Below, piece after piece: positions 11,070-22,300 of a stretch of 64,000 nucleotides of DNA (position 1 is the stretch's first letter; each line of letters opens with the position of its first letter). The notes beneath the pieces are model-generated. The model was not told the DNA's origin, searched no databases, and worked only from the letters and a program-made list of their open reading frames with translations. This DNA comes from an uncultured Planctomycetota bacterium. GTDB taxonomy: Bacteria; Planctomycetota; Planctomycetia; Gemmatales; Gemmataceae. The position numbers and the translations under genes were made by a program. Location: contig CAWKHF010000006.1 in NCBI GenBank assembly GCA_963849325.1, positions 320,001 to 384,000 of the forward strand, in the 5' to 3' direction.

Positions 11070-11619
11070 CTACGGCGAAAAAGGGGCGGAGGACCACGAA
11101 CCGGCCGCCCCGCTGAACCCCTCCACGACGGGGAGCACGATCTTACTACCGGACCCTCGTTTGGCGAACGGTCGGGAGGCTCTGTCAGCGCGCGGACAGG
11201 CACCCCGATCGCTCCTGGCCCGGTACACTCCGTCCCGTGTCAGCGCGGGGCGGACGGGCCGGGGCGCGGCGAACAGCGGAGCGGTGTCGAGTCCGGGCTT
11301 TGGCCAGCGTGGCCGACGTACTCGGGCGAGACTTCTTCAGGGACAGCAGGAGCGGAGGGGTCCGGGACTTCTCGCCCCGGCGGGTTCGGGCGGTGGGGGT
11401 AGAAACATGGCCCGCACGGCCCCTATATATACAATCGAAATCGGCGCGAAATCGGACAAGAATTCTGGGAATTTTGTAAAAAAAACTTAAAGCCGGGGCC
11501 GCGCGACCCTCTGCGGAGCCGATACCAGGCTGCCGATGGCGTTCACCACGACGCCGAGGGTTGGGGTGCGCCAACGCGGACCCGCGCCGGTGGGCCGACC
11601 CGGTTGGATCGCCGATCCG

Positions 11620-12579
11620 ATGGCGACAGGCATGCGACGCATCATCTACTTATCCTGGCCGGCCCGCGAGATCACCGGCGGCATCAAGATGGCTTTCCGT
11701 CACGTCGAGACCCTGCGCCAGGCCGGCTTCGACGCGCACGTCGCCACGCCCGACGCCCAACCTCCCGGCTGGTTCCAGACCACCGCCTCCCCGCTGCCGC
11801 TAGAGGCGCTGGCCCCCGCCACCGATGTCCTGGTCTTCCCCGAGAACCATGCCGGCTTCTTCCGCCACTTCGCCCCCTGGAGCAACCGCAAGGTCGTCTT
11901 CTGCCAGAACCAGTTCATGATCTACCGCGGCCTGGACGGACAGTCCGACTACGCCGACTTCGGCGTGACCGATGTGCTCTGCCCCGGCCAGCAAGTGGCC
12001 GCCTTCTGCCGCCGCCGCTGCCCCAAGCAAACCATCCACCTCGTCCCCTATCCGCTGGACGAACGCCTGTTCGTCCCGCGTCCTCCCAAGCGTTTGCAGA
12101 TCGCCTACGCTCCCCGCAAGCGGCCGCTGGAGGCGGCTTTTGTCCGCGATCTGTTCCGGGCTGATAATCCGGCGTGGGCCGCCATCCCGTGGGTGCCGTT
12201 GGCCAAGATGTCCGAAGCGGAGGTGGCGCGGGTCTTGGGCGAGTCGGCGTTGTACCTGTCGTTGTGCCGTTTCGAGGCGTTGCCGTTATCGCTGCTGGAG
12301 GCGTTGGCCAGCGGCTGCGTGGTGGCCGGCTTCACCGGCTGGGGCGGCCGCGACTTTGCCACGTCGGCCAACGGCTGGTGGGCGGCCGAGGATGACTGCC
12401 TGGACGCTGCCGCGCAACTGACGCAGGCGGCGCGGCTGGTCATCGAGGGCGGCGATCGTTTGCGGCAGATGGTGGACGCGGCCGTGTCCACGGCCGCCGT
12501 CTACAGCCGCGAGCGCTTCGTGCGTCAGCTCACCGCTTGTTGGCGCCAGCTCCTCCAAGAGAAGCCGACGGTCTCTTGA
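11620..12579 (+). CDS. GT-B fold glycosyltransferase (family 4-like)
   Basis: N-terminal 'ITGGIK'; C-terminal 'FEALPLSLLEALASGCVVAGF' E-x7-E motif. Confidence 0.8.
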   Translation: MATGMRRIIYLSWPAREITGGIKMAFRHVETLRQAGFDAHVATPDAQPPGWFQTTASPLPLEALAPATDVLVFPENHAGFFRHFAPWSNRKVVFCQNQFMIYRGLDGQSDYADFGVTDVLCPGQQVAAFCRRRCPKQTIHLVPYPLDERLFVPRPPKRLQIAYAPRKRPLEAAFVRDLFRADNPAWAAIPWVPLAKMSEAEVARVLGESALYLSLCRFEALPLSLLEALASGCVVAGFTGWGGRDFATSANGWWAAEDDCLDAAAQLTQAARLVIEGGDRLRQMVDAAVSTAAVYSRERFVRQLTACWRQLLQEKPTVS

Positions 12580-12592
12580 CGGCCCGCGGAGT

Positions 12593-15500
12593 TCACGGAG
12601 CGGGCGGATCGGCGCCGGCATAGGACTTTTCCTCGATCAGGTCGGAGCCGCACAGGGCGTTCAGGCGGCGTTTGAGTCCGGCCCGCCGGTCGTTGAGACG
12701 GTAGACGGAACGAGCCAGCTCGACAAAATCCGAGCCGAAGTCCTGCCGCTCTTCGCAGCGACGCAACTTGTCTTCCACCTGCCACAGTTGTTCGTTGACT
12801 TCCTTGAGTTGGCAAAGCAGCGGGTTCAGTTCGGTCGGTTCGCGCAAGGACCGCGCCCGCGCCGCCTGCAACGCACCCAACTCGACGCAGACGTGCTCGC
12901 GCTTGATAGCATCGGTGAGGCGTACCCGCTTGATCTCCAAGATGGTGATCTTGTCCAACAGCTCGCCGGGGGCGATCTCCACTACCAGCGGCTGACGCAG
13001 GGCCGCATGGGCCTGGCGGACGCGAACCGCTGCGGCGACGCGAACGAAGACCTCGTCCCAGTCGCCCCAGCGTCTTTGGCGGAACAGACGCAGGGTCGGA
13101 TACCAGGGACTGTCCTCGCGGTCCAGCAGCCAACGCCAGTCCCGCGCAACGGGCAAGACGAGCCAGACCGGCACGCCGAGGCGCCGGCCAGGTGAGCGAT
13201 GGCGGTGTCGGAGGTGACCACCAAGTCGAGGTGCTGCATCAGGGCGGCAGTGTCCATGAAAGCGCCGCCGGACTCGTCCAGCCGCTCCGTCCAGTCCAGC
13301 ACGTTCCATTCGGCCGCCACCGCCGCCAACTGCTCACGGCCTGGACCCTTCTGCAAGCTCAAAAGGCGCACGCCGGGGAGGCGGGCCAGCGGCTCGAAAT
13401 GCTTCAGCGGCAGGGAGCGGTGCTTGTCGCCAGCGTATTTGCTGCTGCCCTGCCAGGCGATGCCGACCTTGAAGCCGGAGACGGCGGCCAGTTCCGCACC
13501 CCAGCGCTCGATCCGCTGCGGGTCGGCGGACAGATAAGGTACGTCGGCGGGCACCGTCTCCAGCGTGGTATGAAAGAGGCCGGGCAGACTCAACAGCGGC
13601 GCCTGTACGTCGAACTCCGGCAGCGGCGCGCCGCCGGGCAGCAACTGGTCAATGCCCGGACAACGCCGCAGTAAGGGCACCAGCGCCGGCTGCACCTCGG
13701 CCAGCACCACGCCGCCGCGGGCCTGGACAAGGGCCGCATAGCGGATGAACTGCAAGGTGTCGCCCAGACCCTGCTCCGCATACAACAAGATCCTCTTCCC
13801 CTCCAGCGGGCCGCCGTCCCAACGCGGCTTTGCCAACGAACGCCGTGCCGCTCGGGCGCAACTGCCAACGCCACTCGTACTCCGGCCAGCCACGCGGAAA
13901 GTCGCCGCACAACAGCCACGCCAAGGCCAGGTTCTTGTGCGTGTCGGCCTGGTGCGGGTCCAGCCGGATCGACTCCTGGTAGCACGGCAGCGCCTCCTTC
14001 AGGCGGCCTTGCTGCTCCAGCGATACGCCCAGGTTGTTGTGGGCGGGAGCGTGATTGGCCTGGCAGCGGATGCTGGCGCGGAAGCACACCTCGGCCTCGG
14101 CCGGCCGGCCCTGCTCGATGAGGGTAATGCCCAAATGATTGTGCAGTGGACCCGAATCGGGCTGCCGCGCCAGGGCGAGGCGATAGCAGTCCTCCGCCGC
14201 TGTCAGCCGTCCCAGCCGGCGCAGCGCATCGCCCCGGCCATAAAGGGCTTCCGTCGCGTTGGGCCGTTGTCGCAAGGCTTCCTCGAAGCAGGCGTCGGCT
14301 TCTTCCAGCTCTCCCTGCTGCAAGAGCGCGCGTCCCAGTTGCAACCGCGTCTCCGTCTGCTCCGGCCGCAGCCGCAACGCCAGGCGATAACTGGCCACCG
14401 CCTCGGCCCACTTGCCTTGCCGGCCTCGTTCCGCCCCCAGAGTGACATAACCCGACGGCGTATCGCGCTGGCCGCGCAGGGCCTGCTCGTAGTGCGGGGC
14501 CGCTCCGCGGCGGTCGCCGAGCTTGTCCAGGGCGACGGCCAGGTTGTAGTGGGCTAGGCGAAAATCGGGTTGCCGCGCCAACGCCTGCCGGTAGTGGTCG
14601 CAGGCCGCCCGCGTTTCTCCCAGGGCAGCCAGCACCACGCCGAGGTTGTTGTGCGTCGCGGCCAGGCCCGGCTTGAGCGTCAAGGCTTGCTCGTAGCAGG
14701 CGCGGGCCTCGGTCAACTCGCCCTGCCGCTGCAGCGCCTCGCCCAGATTGTTCAGCGCCTCGGCGTAACGGGGCCGCAGACGCAACGCCTGGCGGTAGAC
14801 GCGGACGGCCTCGGCCAGTTGGCCCTGATGGGCCAGGGCCACGCCCAGATTGTTGCATGTCGGCGCCGAGTCCGGCTGATGCTGCAAGGATAGCCGCAGG
14901 TAGCCGATGGCCTCGGTCCAGCGGCCCTGGCGGCACAACTGCCGGCCCTGGCGAGCCAAGGTGCTGGCGTCCGCAGTTGGAGGGGCCGCCGCCTGACCAT
15001 TGCCGCCGGGACGCTGCCGCCGCAACTCGTCGGCCAGGCGAGCAAAGACCTCGTCCCAGTCCCCCCAGCGTCTTTGGCGGAACAACCGCAGGGTCGGATA
15101 CCACGGACTGTCCTCGCGGTGCAGCAGCCAACGCCAGTCCGGCGCAAACGGTAGGGCGAGCCAAACCGGCACGCCGAGAGCTCCGGCCAGATGGGCGACA
15201 GCGCGTATCGCAGCTGACCACCAGGTCCAGGTGCTTCATCAGGGCGGCGGTGTCCAAGAAGCGCCGCCCGACTCGTCCAGCCGCTCCGCCCAATCCACGA
15301 CGCCCCAGTCTTGCGCCACCATTGCCAACTGCTCGCGGCCATGCCCCTTCTGCAAGCTGACCAGCCGCACCCCCGGCACAGCCGCCAAGGCCGCGAAGTG
15401 CGCCAAGAGGATGGAGCGATGACGGTCGTCGGGGTAGTGGGGATCGCCCTGCCAGGCGATGCCTACCTTGAAACCGGGCACGCCCCGCAACTCCGCGCCC

Positions 15501-17985
15501 AGCGCTCGATCCGTTGCGGATCGGCGGCCAGGTAGGGCACGTCGGCGGGCACCGTCTCCAGCGTGGTATGAAAAAGACCGGGTAAGCTCAGCAAGGATGC
15601 CTGCACATCAAAGTCGGGCAAGGCGGCACCGGCGGGCAGCACGTGGTCGATGCTTGGACAGGAACGTAACAGCGGCGCCAGCGCTGGCTGGACCTCGGTC
15701 AGGACCACGCCGCCGTGCTGCCGCACCAGGGAGACGTAACGGACCAGGTGCAAGGTATCGCCCAGCCCATGCTCGGCGTACAGCAGAATGGTCCGGCCGT
15801 CCAGCGGCTCACCCTGCCAACGCGGCTGCGACCAGGCACGTGGCCCAGCCTCTTGGTTCCGGCCGTGTCGTTCATACTCCGGCCAGCCACGCACGAAATC
15901 ACCGCGTAACAGCCAGGCCCAGGCCCGGTTGGCCCGCGCCGCGGCGAAATCGGGCCGCAGGCGTAAGGCTTCGTCGTAGGCGGCCAGCGCCGCCTCCAGG
16001 TTCCCTTGCTTGAGCCGGACGATGCCCAGGTTGTTGTACCCTTCGGCGGAGCGGGGATGGCGACGGAGCGTCTGCTGATAGAGGGCCGCCGCCTCGTCCA
16101 GCTGCCCCTGCTGGATCAAGGCCTCCCCATCGTTGTTGCTGGCTGGGGGCGGTTGCGGCGCGGATGGCACCGCTTCCGCCGGCCGCTGTCGTCGCAACTC
16201 ACCGGCCAGCCGGGCGAAGACCTCATCCCAGTCGCCCCAGCGTTGCTGGCGGAACAGGCGCAGGGTCGGATACCACGGGCTGTCCCCCCGCTCCCGCAGC
16301 CAACGCCAGTCGCAGGCCGCCGGCAGTACGAGCCAAACCGGCACGCCGAGAGCGCCGGCCAGGTGAGCGATGGCGGTGTCGGAGGTGACCATCAGGTCGA
16401 GGTGCTGCATCAGGGCGGCAGTGTCCATGAAAGCGCCGCCGGACTCGTCCAGCCGCTCCGTCCAGTCCAGCACGTTCCATTCGGCCGCCACCGCCGCCAA
16501 CTGCTCACGGCCTGGACCCTTCTGCAAGCTCAAAAGGCGCACGCCGGGGAGGCGGGCCAGCGGCTCGAAATGCTTCAGGGGGATGGAGCGGTGGCGGTCA
16601 TCGCGGTAGGTGGGACTACCCTGCCAGGCGATGCCGATCTTGAAGCCGGAGACGGTGGCCAACTCCGCGCCCCAGCGCTCCATCCGTTGCGGATCGGCGG
16701 ACAAATAAGGTACGTCGGCGGGCACCGTCTCCAGCGTGGTATGAAAGAGGCCGGGCAGACTCAACAGCGGCGCCTGTACGTCGAACTCCGGCAGCGGCGC
16801 GCCGCCGGGCAGCAACTGGTCGATGCCTCGGCAGGACCGCAACAGCGGCACCAGCGCCGGCTGCACCTCGGCCAGCACCACGCCGCCGCGGGCCTGGACC
16901 AGCCGCGCATAGCGGATGAACTGCAGGGTGTCGCCCAAGCCCTGCTCCGCGTACAACAGGATCGTCCGACCCTCCAGCTCGCTCCCATCCCAACGCGGCT
17001 GTGCCCCCGAACGCCGCGTGAAGTCCTTGGTCCGCCAACGCCATTCATATTCCGGCCAACCCTGCTCGAAGTCGCCACGCAACAGCCAGGCCAGGGCACG
17101 ATTGCAATGGGCGTCGGCGTAGTCCGGCTTGAGCCGCAACGCCTCCTCGTAAGCCGACAAGGCCGCGGCCACGTCGCCCTGGCGAACGCGGACGATGGCC
17201 AAGTTGTTGTACGCCTCCGCGTAAGACGAGTTGAGCCGCAACGCCTGCTGCAAGGACTCGGCCGCCTCGCCCAGCTTTCCTTGCTGCCGCAGGGCGTTGC
17301 CCAGGTTATTGTGGGCCTCGGGGTAGTCCGGCTTCCGACGCAGAGCGCGGCGATAGCAGGCGACGGCCTCGTCCAGCCGCCGCTGCCCGGCCAGGGCCAC
17401 GCCCAAGTTATTGTGCGCCTCGGCCGAATGCGGCTGGCGTCGCAACGCCTGCTGATAGACGGCGGCTGCCTCGGCCAGGTGGCCCTGCTCGGCCAAGGCC
17501 ACACCCAGGTTGCCCTGCGCCTCGACGTGCTCCGGGCAAGCACGCAGGGCTTGGCGGAACGCCTCGGCGGCCTGCGCCGGCCGGCCTAGCGACAGCAGGG
17601 TGACGCCCAGGTTGTTGCACGTATCGGCCGTTTGCGGCTGGAGTTGCAAGGCCTGCTCGTAGCTGGTCACCGCTTCTTCCAGGCGTCCCAGGCGGCGCAG
17701 GGCGTTGCCGCGGTTGTGGTAGGCGTGGGCGTAATCGGGTTGTCGCTTCAGGGCGCGCTCGTAGCAGTCGAGGGCCTCGGCGTGGCAGCCTTGCTCGGCG
17801 AGGATGACGCCCAGGTTGTTGCACAGTTCAGCCTGTTCGGGCTGTGCCGCCAGCGCTTGCTCCAGGCAGCCACGCGCTTCGTCGAGACGGCCCTGGCGGA
17901 ACAAGGTCAGGGCGCGTTGGCGCGGCCCTGCGGTGGTTGACTCCGCTGCCGGCGCTGGGGTGGGTTTGGACACGCGAGGTTGCAT
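12593..17985 (-). CDS. Multimodular protein: three (TPR array + GT9-like glycosyltransferase) modules plus a C-terminal DUF6165-like domain; frameshifted
   Basis: Many TPRs (NNLGVAL...). Three copies of '(EQ/EH)GLGDTL..IRY...GIAWQG...DTAALM.HLDL...DT...HLAGA.G.PVW...DWRW...DSPWYPTLRLFRQ'. C-terminus 'GELLDKITILEIK...FVELARSVY..ND.R...IEEKSY'. RBS and ATG at 17985. Frameshifts near 15500, 15265, 15200, 13850 and 13185. Confidence 0.8.
13190..13790. repeat. Near-identical intragenic repeat of the GT9 module (partner ~16360-16960)
   Basis: Long identical DNA stretches such as 'gactcgtccagccgctccgtccagtccagcacgttccattcggccgccaccgccgccaactgctcacgg' occur at both sites. Confidence 0.9.
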
Positions 17986-18242
17986 GACGGACTCCTGCGC
18001 TATCGAGACAGCGGATAGCGATGAATGAGGAGAGCCGAGCCTCCTCGATGCCGCCTCAATCCGGTGCCTCCGTTGGAGGCTTCGTTGCGGACAGAGGGCG
18101 GTCGCTGGTTTGGGCGTCGGGGCGAAGGGATGCAGGCCGGTCGGGCGCTGCTTGCCGCCAGCCGAGTTGATGGGCCATCTCTCCCAGCCCCACGAACACA
18201 CGCCGCCCCTGCTCCCCAGCGCCGGCGTGCCGGAACCAGTTG

Positions 18243-18842
18243 TCAAACAGCCCCGCCTGCCGTAGGGCCGCGACGCGAAAGGCTGCCCAGTGACCCGCCG
18301 GTGTCCAGCCGCCCGGACGCCCGTCGCGGACGAGAAACGGCACACCTCGATACCACGTCTGTGCGCAAGAATTCGACCTCGCCGGGCGGGTAATCGTTCC
18401 ACAGCACGGGGCCGACGACATCCACGCCTGGCTGCAGCCTGGACGACAACTCCGACCACCAGCCGTCCTCCGGAGGCGTATCCTCATCAATGCAGACCAC
18501 GTATTCGCTTCGGAAGGGCAGGTCGCACCACAGCCAACGCAGTATCACCGCCAGAGGAAATCGGCGTGGGAAGCACCAGCAAGCGAACGGCAGGCCGGAG
18601 GAGGTGCTGCCGCGGAAGCGTTCGACGCCTTCGGGCAGGCGGGCATACTCCAGGACGCGGCCTTCAGAACTGAGCCGGCCCAGGGCATAGTGTCCCTCCG
18701 GAGAGGATGCGGCCAGCCCCAAGCGTAATTCCAGGTCGTTGGGCGGCATGGCCTCCAGGACGCGATCCAGCCAACATCGCCAGGCGGCGGAGTGTCCCTG
18801 GACAGGGCACAGGCAAAGAGTGGCGCGAGGTCCGTCGGGCAT
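18243..18842 (-). CDS. Hypothetical protein, possibly a degenerate GT-A (family 2-like) fragment
   Basis: 'SEYVVCIDED...WW..L...VDVVG' resembles the DxD region of GT2 proteins; lies upstream of the TPR-GT gene. Confidence 0.3.
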   Translation of the reverse strand: MPDGPRATLCLCPVQGHSAAWRCWLDRVLEAMPPNDLELRLGLAASSPEGHYALGRLSSEGRVLEYARLPEGVERFRGSTSSGLPFACWCFPRRFPLAVILRWLWCDLPFRSEYVVCIDEDTPPEDGWWSELSSRLQPGVDVVGPVLWNDYPPGEVEFLRTDVVSRCAVSRPRRASGRLDTGGSLGSLSRRGPTAGGAV

Positions 18843-18950
18843 GGCGAGCTGGAGGCGAGGGTCTGCTTAGGGACTCATCCCGCTGCCGCTCCGGCCTTGG
18901 CCTGGTGGAAAGCGGGGTGGGAAAGTACAGGGCGTCGTGCGTGCTGGCCT

Positions 18951-19244
18951 TTACTCTACCAGCCCCGGCCGACACCGGCAACATTTCCGTGCGGGGAGTT
19001 CCCTGTGTGGGGATTGGCCAGCTCCGGCACAGGGGAAACTCTCCCAATAGTCGTCATCGACAGGAGTTTCCGCCCGTACCCGAACGGGGACAGTGGCGCC
19101 CGTGCCGGTGGTGCGATAATCAACTTGCCTTGCAGGGAAGTCGAGAGTGATGAACACCTGTCGTTGCCCCGAATCGTGTGCAGCCACGAACGATCGGAGA
19201 TCCTCATCAGGGAACTTATCAGCGGGGACGTTGGATGGGGACAT
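18951..19244 (-). CDS. Small hypothetical protein, paralogue of 40332..40586
   Basis: PADKFPDEDLRSFVAA...GQRQVFITLDFPARQVDYRT aligns with PADKIHDEELRAFAAD...GQRTVFITLDLPTRHVDFRT. Confidence 0.55.
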   Translation of the reverse strand: MSPSNVPADKFPDEDLRSFVAAHDSGQRQVFITLDFPARQVDYRTTGTGATVPVRVRAETPVDDDYWESFPCAGAGQSPHRELPARKCCRCRPGLVE

Positions 19245-19385
19245 GGTTGTTGCTCCGAGCTTTGGTGGAAAAGAGTTAGTCAACCTTTACCAGGACGCGA
19301 GGCGTGGGCGCAAGGGCCGAAATCTGACAAATCGGTGATGGGACGCGGGAAGGGAATTCTCAGGTGAGGATCGGCTGGCTCGAAA

Positions 19386-22300
19386 TCACGGCAGGTCTGG
19401 CCCCTGGTCCTGGCGTTGTCGCTCCAGGGCAATGCGTTCGCGGAAAGACATTGGCGGCTTGCCGGTTGAATCCTCCGGCGCTGCCCCCGGCAACACCTCC
19501 CCAGCCCCCCATTCGCCATCCGTCTCAACCGCTTGATCCGATACGGGATGTGCCTCTTGCCGGCGTCGGATGCGGGCGGTGACAGGTTCCTCGGCGGATG
19601 AATGCTTCTGTCGGGCGCGCTGCGGCGTCGCCTCGATGGTGTTGGCGGCTTTGAGCGCCTTGATCCTGTCTGCCAGCGCGGAGGTAGTCGGCCCGCGTTC
19701 TTCGCCAGACTCGTGCCCCGTCGCCGACAGTTTGACCTTGAGCCGGTCACGCAGCTCCGTCAGTTCATTGAGATACTGGTCGTGCGGGAAGGGCTTGCCC
19801 AGGCGGGCCTGGTAGTCGCGGAGCTGCGACTCGGCGATGGAAAGGTCTTGGCGGACGCGGACGCATTCGGAGCCATAGCCGCCAGCCAGTCGTTCCAGGG
19901 CGTTGAGGACGGCACGCGGCCCCTGGTGCTCCCGCGACAGCGTGGCTTGGCGGGTGATCGCGCCTTCGAGGTACACGTCGGGCGGGAATTGCGGATGCAG
20001 GACGAGGCCAAAGCGCAAGCCCCGATAGGTGCCGAGTGGCACGCGGGTCGTATCGCGGACGTTGCGTGGCAGGTGGTCGAGTTGATCGGCCAGGACACTC
20101 GGCGCGTCCTCGCGTGACCAGGGGCGCTTACCGAGTGTGATCGGGTCGCTGGCGTGGGCCGTGGCGGTCGCCTCGTCGGCGGTGAGCTTCGACAGCCGTT
20201 CATGGAGGCTGTCGATGGTGCTGGGCAAATCGCGCACGCTGCGGCGGGCGACGTATTGCTCGTCCAGGTGGTTCTTGTTCAGGAGGTTGAGGCGTTGCAG
20301 CTCGGCATCGGCCTCGGCCAGCGTCAGCACGGCCGGGTTGCCCGAGGCAATCGCCTTGACCTCGGCGTAGGAAAGTTCCTGGCCGCCAATGTCCTCGGCC
20401 CGGCGAGCGGCGTTGTCGCCGGTGATGACCTGCGCGATGAACCGGGCCTTGGTTTCCAGGGCTTGCCACATATAGGCGTCGAAGGAACCTTCCGTGACGT
20501 AGCGGTAGATCGCCACTTCCTCGTTTTCGTTTCCTTGCCGCAGGATGCGGCCTTCGCGTTGTTCCACCTCGGCCGGCTTCCACGGGGCGTCAAGATGGTG
20601 TAGCGCCACCAGCCGTTTCTGAACATTCGTGCCGGTGCCCATTTTCTGGGTGCTGCCGATCAGGACACGCACCGAGCCTTGCCGTACCTTCTCGAAGAGC
20701 GCCTGTTTCTTGGCGTCGGATTCGGCCTCGCCGATGGCGGCGATCTGCTCGCGGGGAATGCCGTGGGCGATGAGTTTTTTGATAATGTCCTGGTAGGGCG
20801 AGTACCCCCAGGGAGTAGGATTGACGCCCATGTCGGCGAAGATCATTTGCGTGCCGCGCGTCGCGGCGGTCTTCTTCCAGATGGAGGCGACATTCTCAAC
20901 GAGGCGGTTGACCTTCGATTCCGGAAAATCGGGGGCCGTGGGCGACAACATCCTGGCGTCGGTGGCGAGCTTGCGGCCGTCGGTGGTGATGTTGAGGGCA
21001 TTGTCAACCCGGGGATCGACTTTCTGCGAACGTAACTGCTCGTAGCGTTCCACCAGTTCCTGTTGAAGCGCGTGCTGCTCCTCGGACATCGGACAGGCAA
21101 CGACGATCGGCTTGCCGCCTTCCAGGCTGGGCCGGGGCAGGTCCAGCATTTCCGCCGTCTGCACGTCGGCGAAGGCCCGGAACATCTGTTGGAGTTCCGG
21201 CAGGTTGGTGAAGCGGGCGAACCGGCTGCGCGGCCGGAGCGAGGCGCCGTCGGGGGAAATCTCCATCGTGTCGATCACCTCGCCGAAGGTGGCCGCCCAG
21301 GCGTCGAAATGCTCCAGGCCGCGTGCCTGGAGTCCTTCGGGGTCGAGGAAACGCTGCATGGTGTACATCTCGACCATCGTGTTGGAGATCGGCGTGCCGG
21401 TGGCGAACGTCACTCCGTGGCCGGGGTGCTGCTCATCAAGGTATCGCGCCTTCATGTACACGTCGAAGGCCCGCTCCGAGCCGCCGGTCTGGATGCCGGC
21501 GACGCGCTCCATCTTGGTCGGCGTCTCCAGGTTCTTGAAGTAGTGGGCCTCGTCGATGAAGATGTGATCGACGCCGAGTTCATCAAAGACCAGCCCGTCA
21601 TCCTTCTTGTCCTCGGCCAGCAAGTCCTTCAGCCGTTCGGCCCTCGCGGCCTTCTGCTTCTCAATGGTCTTGATGAGGTTGCGGTTGGCGCCCCGGTCGG
21701 CCGCATGTTCCCGCAGCAACTCGTCATATTCGGCGATCTGCTCGGTCAGGAACTTTTCCTGGTAATCCCGCGACATGCCGATGCGCTCGAAGCTGCTGTG
21801 GGTGACGATGATGCCGTCCCATTCGCCGCTGGCGATCTTGGCGGTGAGCATCTTGCGCCGCTCCCTGGTCAGGTCTTCCTTGGCGGCCACCAGCAGCCGG
21901 GCATTGGGATAGAGTTGCATGAATTCGCGGGCAAATTGCTCCAGCAGGTGATTGGGGACCACGTACATCGGCTTCTTGATGAGGCCGGCCTGCTTCATCT
22001 TCATGCCGGTGGCGGTCATCGTAAAGGTCTTGCCAGCCCCGACGGCGTGGGCCAGCAGCGTGTTGCCCGAACTCATGCCGCGCCAGACGGCATCGTCCTG
22101 GTGGGGCCGCAGCCGGATGGTCTGGTTCATGCCGGGGAAGTCGAGGTGCGAGCCGTCGAACAGGCGCGGACGCAAATTGTTGTAGATGTCGTTGTACGTT
22201 CGCACGAGCCGCTCGGTGCGTCCGGGATCGGAGAAGACCCAGGAGCGGAATCGTTCCTTGATAAGCTTTTGCTTCTCGCGGGCGGCCATCGTGGCTTCCT

